IMG/VR virus record: IMGVR_UViG_3300020183_000065
Span: 3,055-67,054 of that record
DNA: 64,000 bases
Direction: 5' to 3' (one strand)
Origin: a virus
Positions 1 to 9,448 of the stretch are shown piece by piece (the first letter of the stretch is position 1; every line of letters begins with the position of its first letter). A model generated the notes under the pieces. The model worked only from the letters and a program-made list of their open reading frames with translations. It was not told where the DNA came from and made no database searches. The position numbers and the translations under genes are program-made.

Positions 1-783
1 GATAAAAATTTTCAGTACAGTCCAAGTACGTATGACCAAATAAAAAATGAATACGAAATATTTTCCACATTTGATATTTCATATAAAGACAATGGTGTTT
101 GTTATAAACATAATGTAATGGATATTAGACAATTTCACGCTATTAATCTTGGATTTATGTTAACAAAAAATGAAATGGAATTAGATTTTATTCCTGACAC
201 ATTTTGTCAAATACCGGACTTACCTAAAAAATATGTTTTAATACATCCTGTACAAAATTGGAATTCAAGGACTTGGTCCGTTAAAAACTGGAAAATTTTA
301 GTAGAATTATTAAATGATAGTGGAATACATGTTATTTCAGTTGGTAAAGATTCTTCTGAACTTGGGGGGTCAAATGTTGATAAACCAATATTTAATTTCC
401 CAATAAAACTTGGTCTTAATTTAATGAATAAAACATCTTTAGATGAAACTTGGGGTTTGATAAAAAATAGTTCTTGTTTTGTAACAATGGACTCGGGTTT
501 ATTACATTTAGCTGGAACAACAGATGTGGAGATAATACAACTAGGTAGTTCGATAAATCCGGAATTTAGATCACCATATAGACGTGGGTCCCAAGAATAT
601 AAATATCATTATATTAGTGGTGGTTGTGGGTTACACTGTGCTTCAGATATGAAGTATGGTGTTCGTGAATGGGGGTCAATACAAGGTATTCCATCATTAG
701 TCAATTGTCTTGAAAAAAAAGAAACATTTGAGTGTCACCCAAACCCATTGTTGGTGTATAATGAAATTTTGAAAATAATTTAA
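1..783 (+). CDS. Glycosyltransferase family 9-like (heptosyltransferase-like, GT-B), 5'-truncated by the window
   Basis: Frame is open from base 1 (DKNFQYSPST...). Motifs YVLIHP..RTW...W, NLMNKTSL, FVTMDSGLLHLAG are typical of the GT9 C-terminal domain. Confidence 0.8.
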   Translation, partial: DKNFQYSPSTYDQIKNEYEIFSTFDISYKDNGVCYKHNVMDIRQFHAINLGFMLTKNEMELDFIPDTFCQIPDLPKKYVLIHPVQNWNSRTWSVKNWKILVELLNDSGIHVISVGKDSSELGGSNVDKPIFNFPIKLGLNLMNKTSLDETWGLIKNSSCFVTMDSGLLHLAGTTDVEIIQLGSSINPEFRSPYRRGSQEYKYHYISGGCGLHCASDMKYGVREWGSIQGIPSLVNCLEKKETFECHPNPLLVYNEILKII

Positions 784-810
784 TTTGGTATTTATATTAA
801 AAAAATAATA

Positions 811-1041
811 ATGCCTTATCAAGTTTCAGTTTCGGGTACTACCGGAACACCCCCATATGATTTATATGTTTGTGATATAACAAATACATACTGTTATTTA
901 TCTGCTAGTGGGGTTACAATTTCACCCCCATATACATTTTACGTTTCACCACCATTAGATGTTGTTGAATCGCTTATAATAAAAATTCTTGATTCTAATG
1001 GTTGTGAACGATTTGAGGTGGTGTCTTGTTTGTTACTTTGA
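811..1041 (+). CDS. Small beta-rich Cys-containing protein, possibly a virion decoration module
   Basis: 76 aa; GTPPY...IKILDSNGC resembles SprB/Ig-like repeat ends; preceded by TATTTAT at 789-795. Confidence 0.45.
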   Translation: MPYQVSVSGTTGTPPYDLYVCDITNTYCYLSASGVTISPPYTFYVSPPLDVVESLIIKILDSNGCERFEVVSCLLL

Positions 1042-1097
1042 TTAAAAAGTATAGTTTATTTTTTTTCATTTCATAATATATTTTAAATAAAAAAGTT

Positions 1098-2345
1098 ATG
1101 AAAATATTCATTCAAATCGCTTCCTACAGAGATCCACAATTGGTACCCACAATAAAAGACGCTATTGATAAATCAAAATACCCGGAAAATTTAATATTTG
1201 GGATTGCTCGTCAATATCACCCAGAAGATAAATTTGACGATCTTTCTTTATATGATGAGGATGAAAGATTTAGAATTTTAAATATTCCACATGAGGAATC
1301 TAAAGGTGTTTGTTGGGCTAGAAATCAAGTACAACAACTATATGGTGGTGAAGAATATACTTTACAAATTGATTCACATATGAGATTTTCGGAAAACTGG
1401 GATGAGGAATTAATTAATATGATATTTGATTTACAAAATAAAGGTTATAAAAAACCATTATTGACGGGATATGTGTCTTCATTTGACCCAGAAAACGATC
1501 CTGGAAATAGGGTAAATGAACCTTGGAGAATGGTTTTTGATAGATTCATACCAGAAGGTGTTGTTTTTTTCTTACCCGAAACAATTCCTGGTTGGAAAGA
1601 TTTAACGGAACCGATTACCGCTAGATTTTATTCAGCACACTTTTGTTTCACACTTGGTCAATTTAGTGTTGAGGTACAACATGACCCTGAGTATTATTTT
1701 CACGGTGAGGAAATATCTATCGCTGTTAGAGCTTACACTCACGGGTATGATTTATTTCATCCACACAAAGTTATTATTTGGCACGAATACACTAGAAAAG
1801 GTAGAACAAAACAATGGGATGATGATAAATCATGGTATTTGAAGAATGAATCTTCCCACAAAAAGAATAGACAAATATTGGGTGTTGATGGTGAGACGTT
1901 TGATGGTGATCTAGGTAAGTATGGGTTTGGTACTGAAAGGACAGTAAGGGACTATGAAAAATATTCTGGTGTTTTATTTTCTAAAAGAGCGGTACAACAA
2001 TATACTATTGATAAAAAATACCCACCAAATCCACATGACTATGAGACAGAAGAAGAATGGATGGAAAGTTTTTCAACCATATTTAAACACTGTATCGATA
2101 TTTCGTTTAATAGTGTCCCAGAAGATGATTATGATTTTTGGGTTGTGGCTTTTCACAATGAAAAAGATGAAACCTTATTTAGACAAGACGCTAGTCCAGA
2201 TGAAATCAAAACAATGATGATGGATAAAGATGGGTATTGTAAACTTTGGAGACAATTTAACACAAATGAAAAACCCAAATATTGGGTTGTTTGGCCATAC
2301 TCAAAATCAAAAGGATGGTGCGATAGATTAACTGGAAATTTATGA
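1098..2345 (+). CDS. GT60-like polypeptide/hydroxyproline N-acetylglucosaminyltransferase (GlcNAc-T, PF11397-like)
   Basis: IFIQIASYRDP, GVCWAR, LQIDSHMRF (DSH metal motif), GEEISIAVRAYTHGYDLFHP and IWHEY match Skp1 GlcNAc-transferase family motifs. Confidence 0.8.
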   Translation: MKIFIQIASYRDPQLVPTIKDAIDKSKYPENLIFGIARQYHPEDKFDDLSLYDEDERFRILNIPHEESKGVCWARNQVQQLYGGEEYTLQIDSHMRFSENWDEELINMIFDLQNKGYKKPLLTGYVSSFDPENDPGNRVNEPWRMVFDRFIPEGVVFFLPETIPGWKDLTEPITARFYSAHFCFTLGQFSVEVQHDPEYYFHGEEISIAVRAYTHGYDLFHPHKVIIWHEYTRKGRTKQWDDDKSWYLKNESSHKKNRQILGVDGETFDGDLGKYGFGTERTVRDYEKYSGVLFSKRAVQQYTIDKKYPPNPHDYETEEEWMESFSTIFKHCIDISFNSVPEDDYDFWVVAFHNEKDETLFRQDASPDEIKTMMMDKDGYCKLWRQFNTNEKPKYWVVWPYSKSKGWCDRLTGNL

Positions 2346-3283
2346 GATTAAAAATACATAACCCTTGTAATCAATTTACAAAATATTATCGAAACTATAA
2401 TTTATTTTGGGACGAATTAACAATTGAGTTAAATAAAAAATATGAGGTAATCGAAAATCGAAACTTTGAGGACGCTCATAAAGATAGATTTAATGTTAAA
2501 TTTGATTCAATGATTGGTGATGTTGGGCTAAATTTAATGGAATGTGAATACGTTATTGAAAATTTAGATAGCGGTGATTTTTATGTATTGTCTGTTGCTG
2601 ATATAATGAGTCAATGTATGTTGTATGAAAAAGACAACCCAAAATTAAAAAAGGTTTTGATATCACAATTTATAGATTATGAGGTAAAACATCATGCCAA
2701 AGAAAATTATGATAAGTATTCACCGTGGATTTATTTTCCATCACCAATAAAAAATTTAGATGAGTATTATTTTGAACGTAAAAAAATAACATCGTTTATT
2801 GATAAGATGTGTTTTTGGGGTGTGACCTCTGAACGTCCTATTTTGAAATATTTTAATAAATCAATATTTGATGGGCCAAACTACATGGGGGATCAAGACA
2901 AATATTTTACAAATTTAATAAAATATAAAGTAGCTTTATCAATAGCTGGTGTTGGTGAACTTTGTTATCGTGACATAGAATGTATGGCAATTGGTGTTCC
3001 AATAATTAGATTCGAATACCAGACCGATTTGTATGAACCGTTAATTCCAAACTATCACTATATCTCTGTTGATTACGATAAAACCATACCAAAACATAAT
3101 GAAATACACACTGATAGATTGGGTGATGAAAGACATTCGTATCAATTAGAACAAAGATTTAATCAAGTTAAAGATGATTTAGAGTTTTTAACGTTCATCG
3201 CAAATAACGCTAGAAAATACTATGAGGAAAACCTTACCTCCCCAAATAGGGTTATTAATACATTAAAAATATTGGGATTATAA
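2342..3283 (+). CDS. Putative glycosyltransferase (GT-B C-terminal-like)
   Basis: YKVALSIAGVGELCYRDIECMAIGVP, LIPNYHYI and IANNARKYYE; ATGA overlap with the upstream GT. Confidence 0.6.
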   Translation: MRLKIHNPCNQFTKYYRNYNLFWDELTIELNKKYEVIENRNFEDAHKDRFNVKFDSMIGDVGLNLMECEYVIENLDSGDFYVLSVADIMSQCMLYEKDNPKLKKVLISQFIDYEVKHHAKENYDKYSPWIYFPSPIKNLDEYYFERKKITSFIDKMCFWGVTSERPILKYFNKSIFDGPNYMGDQDKYFTNLIKYKVALSIAGVGELCYRDIECMAIGVPIIRFEYQTDLYEPLIPNYHYISVDYDKTIPKHNEIHTDRLGDERHSYQLEQRFNQVKDDLEFLTFIANNARKYYEENLTSPNRVINTLKILGL

Positions 3284-4128
3284 TGAAAACTTTAATATAT
3301 ACATCAATATATTCAAATTTATGGGGAACTGAATTTGGTGGTAGGCCTTCTAGACATTACCATTATAGATTATCACTAAAAAACATTTTAAATGTAAACG
3401 CTGATAAATTTATTTGTTTTGTCCCAATTGAGGAATTGGATGATTTAAAATCACATTTTTATGGGACCTGGGGTGTGTCTAAAGAAAAATTAGAGTTTGT
3501 TGTTTTTGATTTACAAAATACAAAATATTTTAACCAAATAAGAAATTTAAAAGATTTGGACAAGATGAAAACAATTGACCGGTGTTTTGAAGTTCAATAC
3601 AATAAATTTTTTTGGTATGATATGTTAGAAAATAAAGAATTGTATGATAGAATATATTGGTTTGACGCTGGATTATCACACGGTGGTTTATTCCCAGAAA
3701 ATTTAGCTTATGGGTCAGGGTTTGATAGACATTTTTTGTTTACATGTTTTAATCAAGATTTTTTAATGAAATTGAATACTTTATCTGAAGAAAAATTTAT
3801 TTTAGTTGGTAAGACTAATTCCGGGAGATTTCTTTGGTCACAAACAATACCAGAAAAATATTATAGGGAATTTAAAAGAGATCATCATATTATTGGTGGT
3901 TTTTTTGGTGGTAAACCAAAAATGTTTGACAAATTGAAAAACAATTTTGAGTCATTATTGCTTGAGCTTTTAAATAATGAACCATTACTTTATATGGAAG
4001 AACAAATATTGTCCTGTTTATATTATGAAAAAACAAATGATTTTGAATTATTGGCTTTTGATGATTGGTATCGTAGAGAAGATCACGTTGATAGTGATAT
4101 AAAATATTTTTATAATTTATTCGAATAA
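3283..4128 (+). CDS. HtrL/YibB (WlaTC)-like putative glycosyltransferase
   Basis: YNKFF, YWFDAG, GGFFGG and EEQILS motifs; paralogous to the N-terminal domain of the next gene. Confidence 0.65.
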   Translation: MKTLIYTSIYSNLWGTEFGGRPSRHYHYRLSLKNILNVNADKFICFVPIEELDDLKSHFYGTWGVSKEKLEFVVFDLQNTKYFNQIRNLKDLDKMKTIDRCFEVQYNKFFWYDMLENKELYDRIYWFDAGLSHGGLFPENLAYGSGFDRHFLFTCFNQDFLMKLNTLSEEKFILVGKTNSGRFLWSQTIPEKYYREFKRDHHIIGGFFGGKPKMFDKLKNNFESLLLELLNNEPLLYMEEQILSCLYYEKTNDFELLAFDDWYRREDHVDSDIKYFYNLFE

Positions 4129-5804
4129 TGAACACAACATTAGTAACTGGGTTATGGGACATTGGTCGTGGAAATATGACTGAAGGATGGTCAAGATCTT
4201 TTGATCATTATTTATTAAAATTTAAAGAACTATTATCTGTTGACTGTAATATGATAATATTTGGGGATAAAGATTTGATGGACTTTGTTTTTAAACATAG
4301 GTCACAAGAAAATACACAGTTTATTGTACGTAAAATTGATTGGTTTAAAACTAACGAATTTCATGATAAAATACAAAAAATAAGAACTAATCCAGATTGG
4401 TACAACCAGGTTGGGTGGTTATCAGATTCTACACAATCAAAACTAGAGATGTACAATCCATTAGTAATGTCAAAAATGTTTATATTACATGACGCTAAAA
4501 TTTTAGATAGGTTTAATTCAGATAAATTATTTTGGATTGACGCTGGGATTACAAACACAGTACACCCTGGATATTTCACAAAAGATCTTGTACTTGAAAA
4601 AATTAACCGAGAATTAAATAAATTTAACTTTGTTTGTTTTCCATATGAAGCTAATACCGAAGTTCATGGTTTTAACTATGATAAAATGTCTGAATTATCG
4701 GGTGAAAAAACAAAAATTGTAGCTAGGGGTGGATTTTTTGGTGGTGATAAAAATTTAATCACAGATTTAAATACTTTATATTATAATTTACTCATGGGCA
4801 CATTAAATAACGGTTACATGGGTACAGAAGAAAGTTTATTTACAATACTACTTCACCAAAACCCAAACATAATAAATTATTATGAAATAGGGGGGGATGG
4901 TTTGTTATATAAATTTTTTGAGGATTGTAAGAACAATAGTTTAAATGTTAAAAACAAGAGTAAAAGATTAGTTAGAAATTACATAAATGACACCGGATCT
5001 GTTGGGTTGTATGTAATAACTTTTAATTCCACCAAACAATTTGAAACTTTAATAGAATCAATTTTAGAATATGACTCAGATTTTATCACAAAAACAAAAA
5101 AATTCCTACTTAATAACTCAACAGATTTGTCAACAACAGATGAATATGTCCGATTATGTAATATGTATGGGTTTGAGCATATAAAAAAAGACAATATTGG
5201 AATTACTGGTGGTAGACAATTTATTGCTGAACATTTTAATGATCAGGAAGATTTGTCTTTTTACTATTTTTTTGAGGACGATATGTTTTTCTATAACGGT
5301 CCAGATCAAGTATGTAAAAATGGGTTCAACAGAAAAACAAAAAATTTATTTAATAAAACGTTATCAATATTAAAAAATGAGGATTTTGATTTTTTAAAAT
5401 TAAATTTTACTGAATTTTTTGGTAGTCACGATAAACAATGGTCATGGTATAATGTACCACAAAATTTTAGAGAGTCACATTGGCCAAACAACAAAACCTT
5501 ACCAATTAGAGGGTTGGACCCAAACTCACCAAATTTAGAATTTAAACATATAAAATCTTTTGATGGGGTACCATATGTTTCTGGTGAAATATATTTATCC
5601 AATTGGCCTATTCTTATGTCAAAATCAGGGAATTTTAAATGTTATATTGAAACCAAATTTCAACACCCATACGAACAGACGTTAATGTCACATTGTTTCC
5701 AAGAGACAATTAAGGGTTGGGTAAATCCGGGTCTACTTTTAATGACACCAACCGAACACAACCGATTTGAATTTTATGATGGTAATTTAAGAAAAGAATG
5801 TTAA
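4128..5804 (+). CDS. HtrL/YibB-like domain fused to a GT-A (GT2-like) domain
   Basis: TTLVTGLWDIGR, YNPLVMSK, FWIDAG, GGFFGG and GTEE in the N-half; YVITFN, NIGITGGR and FFEDD in the C-half. Confidence 0.65.
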   Translation: MNTTLVTGLWDIGRGNMTEGWSRSFDHYLLKFKELLSVDCNMIIFGDKDLMDFVFKHRSQENTQFIVRKIDWFKTNEFHDKIQKIRTNPDWYNQVGWLSDSTQSKLEMYNPLVMSKMFILHDAKILDRFNSDKLFWIDAGITNTVHPGYFTKDLVLEKINRELNKFNFVCFPYEANTEVHGFNYDKMSELSGEKTKIVARGGFFGGDKNLITDLNTLYYNLLMGTLNNGYMGTEESLFTILLHQNPNIINYYEIGGDGLLYKFFEDCKNNSLNVKNKSKRLVRNYINDTGSVGLYVITFNSTKQFETLIESILEYDSDFITKTKKFLLNNSTDLSTTDEYVRLCNMYGFEHIKKDNIGITGGRQFIAEHFNDQEDLSFYYFFEDDMFFYNGPDQVCKNGFNRKTKNLFNKTLSILKNEDFDFLKLNFTEFFGSHDKQWSWYNVPQNFRESHWPNNKTLPIRGLDPNSPNLEFKHIKSFDGVPYVSGEIYLSNWPILMSKSGNFKCYIETKFQHPYEQTLMSHCFQETIKGWVNPGLLLMTPTEHNRFEFYDGNLRKEC

Positions 5805-5831
5805 TTAATATATTTATATTAAAAACATTGA

Positions 5832-6677
5832 ATGGAGTTTTTCATTAAAAAAAATGCCACACTACCGGTTTTAAAATTACAAGTAGTCAAAGATGGACGT
5901 AGTGATTACAATAAGATGATGGATCTTATTGAGGAGTCGTCCATATTTTTTTCTATGGTGGACATTGAAACTGGCATACCTAAGTTAGTCACTAGACCAG
6001 CTGGTTTTGTTAACAAAGTAATGTTGGATCCAAACGCTGAACCAGAATATTATGTATATTATCAATTTTCAAATAAAGACACAAATCGTGTTGGTAGGTA
6101 TGAAGGTCAGTTTTTATTTAAAACCAGTGAGGGTAATTTAATATTACCAATTAGGGAAAAATTATACATCACAGTACAAGATAGTTTTATTTCAGATGAT
6201 TTACCATATGAGAGTTGTTATGTTAGTGAGTTTCCTTGTTGTGTACCGTCAAACCCGGTGATAACAACTACAACAACTCAATTTTGTTTTATAAACCCAG
6301 AAACACCACCAGAATTAAATTTGGTAGTTACAATATTACCCGGATCAATAAACATAACGTATAACCTATTTTCAAATAAACCGGTTTATCAAGACACCAC
6401 ATTAAATTTCACTCATATATTGGGTGTTCTATATGGTGATCCGATAACAATAACAACCGGTATAACAATAAGTGAAAAAAGTATATTTAATTCATTGACA
6501 ATAGTAATAGATGATGAATATACTAGATTATCAAGGATTGATAGTTTTGAATTTGTATCAACAATCCCGTTAAATTTACAATGGACAATTAACGAATCGT
6601 TTCCGTTATCACCAACACCTACACCAACAAATACACCAACACCAACATTAACGTCTACTCAAACGATTAATTTTTAA
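5832..6677 (+). CDS. Putative virion structural protein (BppU-like N-terminus) with Pro/Thr-rich segments
   Basis: FFIKKNATLPVL...YQF..KDTNRVGRYEGQF resembles the BppU N-terminal fold; PVITTTTT and PTPTPTNTPTPT segments; TATTTAT upstream. Confidence 0.5.
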   Translation: MEFFIKKNATLPVLKLQVVKDGRSDYNKMMDLIEESSIFFSMVDIETGIPKLVTRPAGFVNKVMLDPNAEPEYYVYYQFSNKDTNRVGRYEGQFLFKTSEGNLILPIREKLYITVQDSFISDDLPYESCYVSEFPCCVPSNPVITTTTTQFCFINPETPPELNLVVTILPGSINITYNLFSNKPVYQDTTLNFTHILGVLYGDPITITTGITISEKSIFNSLTIVIDDEYTRLSRIDSFEFVSTIPLNLQWTINESFPLSPTPTPTNTPTPTLTSTQTINF

Positions 6678-6707
6678 TAATAATCAATATTTATATAAAA
6701 AAAGAAC

Positions 6708-6989
6708 ATGATGTTAACAGGAAATACAATCGGTAATTATTTTTATAATAATACAATTGGTGAATACTTTTATAATAACGTGGTTGTTGATGGATTTTAT
6801 TCAAACACAGTTTTTGATTTTTTCCAATTAAATGATGTTAGGGTCTCAATTTTTTCGACTGATTTTAGTAGTGATACACATGTTTATGGGGATTATAATT
6901 GTACTTTATTTAAAAATTCATCACTATCCTCAAGACTATCATACTATGATGGGTCTGATGTATTAAACATAACAAACATAACAAATTAA
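6708..6989 (+). CDS. Short beta-helix-repeat protein, possibly an internally deleted fibre remnant
   Basis: 93 aa with GNYFYNNTI/GEYFYNNVV/DGFYSNTV repeats starting right after the start codon. Confidence 0.4.
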   Translation: MMLTGNTIGNYFYNNTIGEYFYNNVVVDGFYSNTVFDFFQLNDVRVSIFSTDFSSDTHVYGDYNCTLFKNSSLSSRLSYYDGSDVLNITNITN

Positions 6990-6991
6990 AA

Positions 6992-9361
6992 ATGGCAGAT
7001 AAAAGAATATCACAATTACCTTACGTTGGGAATACTGGTTATACAACTAGTGATTTAATAGCTATAGTAAACTATGATGTGCCGAGTGGTACAACAAAAC
7101 ACACACCATTAAGTCAGTTTTTACCTTACGTTTTAAGTGGGGTAACATCTGGTGGCGATATTGTGAGTGGAACGTATTTCCCATCATCGGGATTATTACA
7201 ATTAGATAATTCTACTGGGGGTACAATAAATATAACTGGATACCAGTATGTTGTTGGTGGGTCTTATAATGACATAACTGAAGAATTAACCCTAACAAAT
7301 AATGACGGTACTACAGTTGTTATCCCGGGATTTACTGATTTATATTTCACGGGAATGACCTTCCAAACCCCATCTATGGATTTGACGATAACTAGAAACG
7401 ATGGGTTTAGTGATACCGTAAGTTTATTACCGTTAATTGGTGATACATTTGTTACTGGTGGAACTTATGATTTAAATACTGGTGACGTACAATTTACAAA
7501 TAATACTGGAGGTACGTTTATTGTGACTGGATTTGTAACCGGTTATACTGATCATTATGTGACGGGTGGTACTTATGATATAACAACTGGTACATTAGAC
7601 CTTGACACACAAACAACTACAGCTACAATAACTGGTATTAATATTTTACATGAAATAGGTACCGGTATAGAATCAATCCAAAGGATAAATGTAAGTTCAG
7701 ATTCTTTTGGTGATTACTCATCTGTACTTGGTGGGGAAGGTAATACATCTAACACGTCACACAGTAATGTTAGTGGTGGATACTATAACACTTCTGAAGG
7801 TTGCTCAACAACCATTAGTGGTGGTTATTGTAACACAGCGTCAAGATGTTATTCAGTTATTAATGGTGGTATATCCAATTTTTCAAACGGTAGATGTTCA
7901 GTTATTAATGGTGGTTCTAATAACACAGCTATTGGTATTTCATCAATAATTGGTGGTGGTAATTTAAATACAACTGAAACCACTGGGATAATCGGTGGTG
8001 GTGAGTTTAACACAATAACTAACAACGGATCTAATTCGGTAATAATTGGTGGACAATACAACACTTCAGATGGTACATATGGTAGTATTTTAGGTGGTGC
8101 TTCAAATGTTGTGGTACTAAGTTCTGATTTAACAACAATTGGTGGTGGATCCGAAAATACAGTCCTATCAAATTATGGAAATATTAATGGTGGATTTTGT
8201 AACACAATATGGGGACCAAATGATTGTTCGGTAATTGGTGGTGGATTTAAAAATAAAATAATACGTACTAACTCACTTTCAGTTATAGCTGGTGGGTCTT
8301 GTAATATTAGTGATGGGATACATAATAATATATCCGGAGGATTCCAAAATACATCATATTCTTTTTGTTCCGTAATTGGTGGTGGATGTAAAAATACAGT
8401 ATGGAATACTGGATTAGGGTCCACAATCGGTGGTGGTTCGTTTAACATATCTTTAGGTGGTCAATCCGTAATAGCTGGTGGGTGTGGTAACACATCATAC
8501 GGTTCTTGTAGTTTTATTGGGGGTGGTTGTCAAAATACCACTTTTGGTGATGACTCGATTGTTGTCGGTGGTTACCTAAATAAGTCAACAGCTCTTTGTT
8601 CAACTCTTGTTGGGGGGTCAAACAACACGTCATCGAACAACGGTAGTTCGGTTCTTGGTGGATCTAATAATGTTAGTAGTGGAGCTTTCTCAATAGTTGG
8701 TGGTGGTAACGGTAATACATCTTTGGGTTGTCGTTCAGCGGTTGTTGGTGGAATTCAAAATACATCAACATCATCACACGGATTTATTGGTGGAGGTTGT
8801 CGAAATACATCCTTGGGTAATTGTTCGATAGTTATCGGTGGGTTAAGAAATACAACACAATCAAATTATAATATAGCCTATGGTTGTGGAGCTTCAACAA
8901 CCAGATACGGTCAACATAGTTGGTCTGTCAATACATTTTCATCACCCGGTGACAATCAAAAGGTTGAGTTTTTAATGTCCAATTTAACTTCAAACGCTAC
9001 ACCGACTAAACTTTATTTAGATGGTGTTGGTAATACTTTTGGATTGTCAGTACCTCTAAATAAGTCAATGTTTTTGACCGTGTCAATTTCAGCGGTACAA
9101 GAAAACGCGTTGCCTTCATGTGGTATTGGGTGTTCAGCTCACTACATTAGAAAAGTAGCTGTTAAAAATATTGGTGGAAACACTCAATTAATTGGTACTG
9201 TTTCAACTATAGGTACTGATATGGAAAACAACACTTCTTGGAATGTCTCGATTACTGCTAACAACGTTATAGATGAGTTAGAAGTATTTGTTACTGGTCA
9301 GTTAGGAGCTAACATACGTTGGACAGCCCATGTGGTTGGTGTAGAAATGTCTTGGATTTAA
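6992..9361 (+). CDS. Tail fibre/adhesin-like protein with Gly-rich beta-helix repeats
   Basis: MADKRISQLP N-terminus, repeated VTGGTY units, then many ~14-15 aa (S-x-I-x-G-G-x-x-N) repeats and a globular C-terminal domain. Confidence 0.65.
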   Translation: MADKRISQLPYVGNTGYTTSDLIAIVNYDVPSGTTKHTPLSQFLPYVLSGVTSGGDIVSGTYFPSSGLLQLDNSTGGTINITGYQYVVGGSYNDITEELTLTNNDGTTVVIPGFTDLYFTGMTFQTPSMDLTITRNDGFSDTVSLLPLIGDTFVTGGTYDLNTGDVQFTNNTGGTFIVTGFVTGYTDHYVTGGTYDITTGTLDLDTQTTTATITGINILHEIGTGIESIQRINVSSDSFGDYSSVLGGEGNTSNTSHSNVSGGYYNTSEGCSTTISGGYCNTASRCYSVINGGISNFSNGRCSVINGGSNNTAIGISSIIGGGNLNTTETTGIIGGGEFNTITNNGSNSVIIGGQYNTSDGTYGSILGGASNVVVLSSDLTTIGGGSENTVLSNYGNINGGFCNTIWGPNDCSVIGGGFKNKIIRTNSLSVIAGGSCNISDGIHNNISGGFQNTSYSFCSVIGGGCKNTVWNTGLGSTIGGGSFNISLGGQSVIAGGCGNTSYGSCSFIGGGCQNTTFGDDSIVVGGYLNKSTALCSTLVGGSNNTSSNNGSSVLGGSNNVSSGAFSIVGGGNGNTSLGCRSAVVGGIQNTSTSSHGFIGGGCRNTSLGNCSIVIGGLRNTTQSNYNIAYGCGASTTRYGQHSWSVNTFSSPGDNQKVEFLMSNLTSNATPTKLYLDGVGNTFGLSVPLNKSMFLTVSISAVQENALPSCGIGCSAHYIRKVAVKNIGGNTQLIGTVSTIGTDMENNTSWNVSITANNVIDELEVFVTGQLGANIRWTAHVVGVEMSWI

Positions 9362-9393
9362 TTTGATTTAATTATTTTTTTATTATATCTTTG
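9362..9393 (+). promoter_or_regulatory. Bacteroidota-type housekeeping promoter for the DNA polymerase gene
   Basis: TTTG (9362-9365), 20-nt spacer, TATCTTTG (9386-9393) = -33/-7 consensus TTTG-N19-21-TAnnTTTG. Confidence 0.7.
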
Positions 9394-9448
9394 TGGTCAA
9401 GGTAAATATCGTAAAAGTTACGATAGCTAATACACCAAATTTTAACAT

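Noticed and set aside
6992-9361. Diversity-generating retroelement target
   Set aside because: No reverse transcriptase and no template/variable repeat pair with adenine-specific differences noticed.
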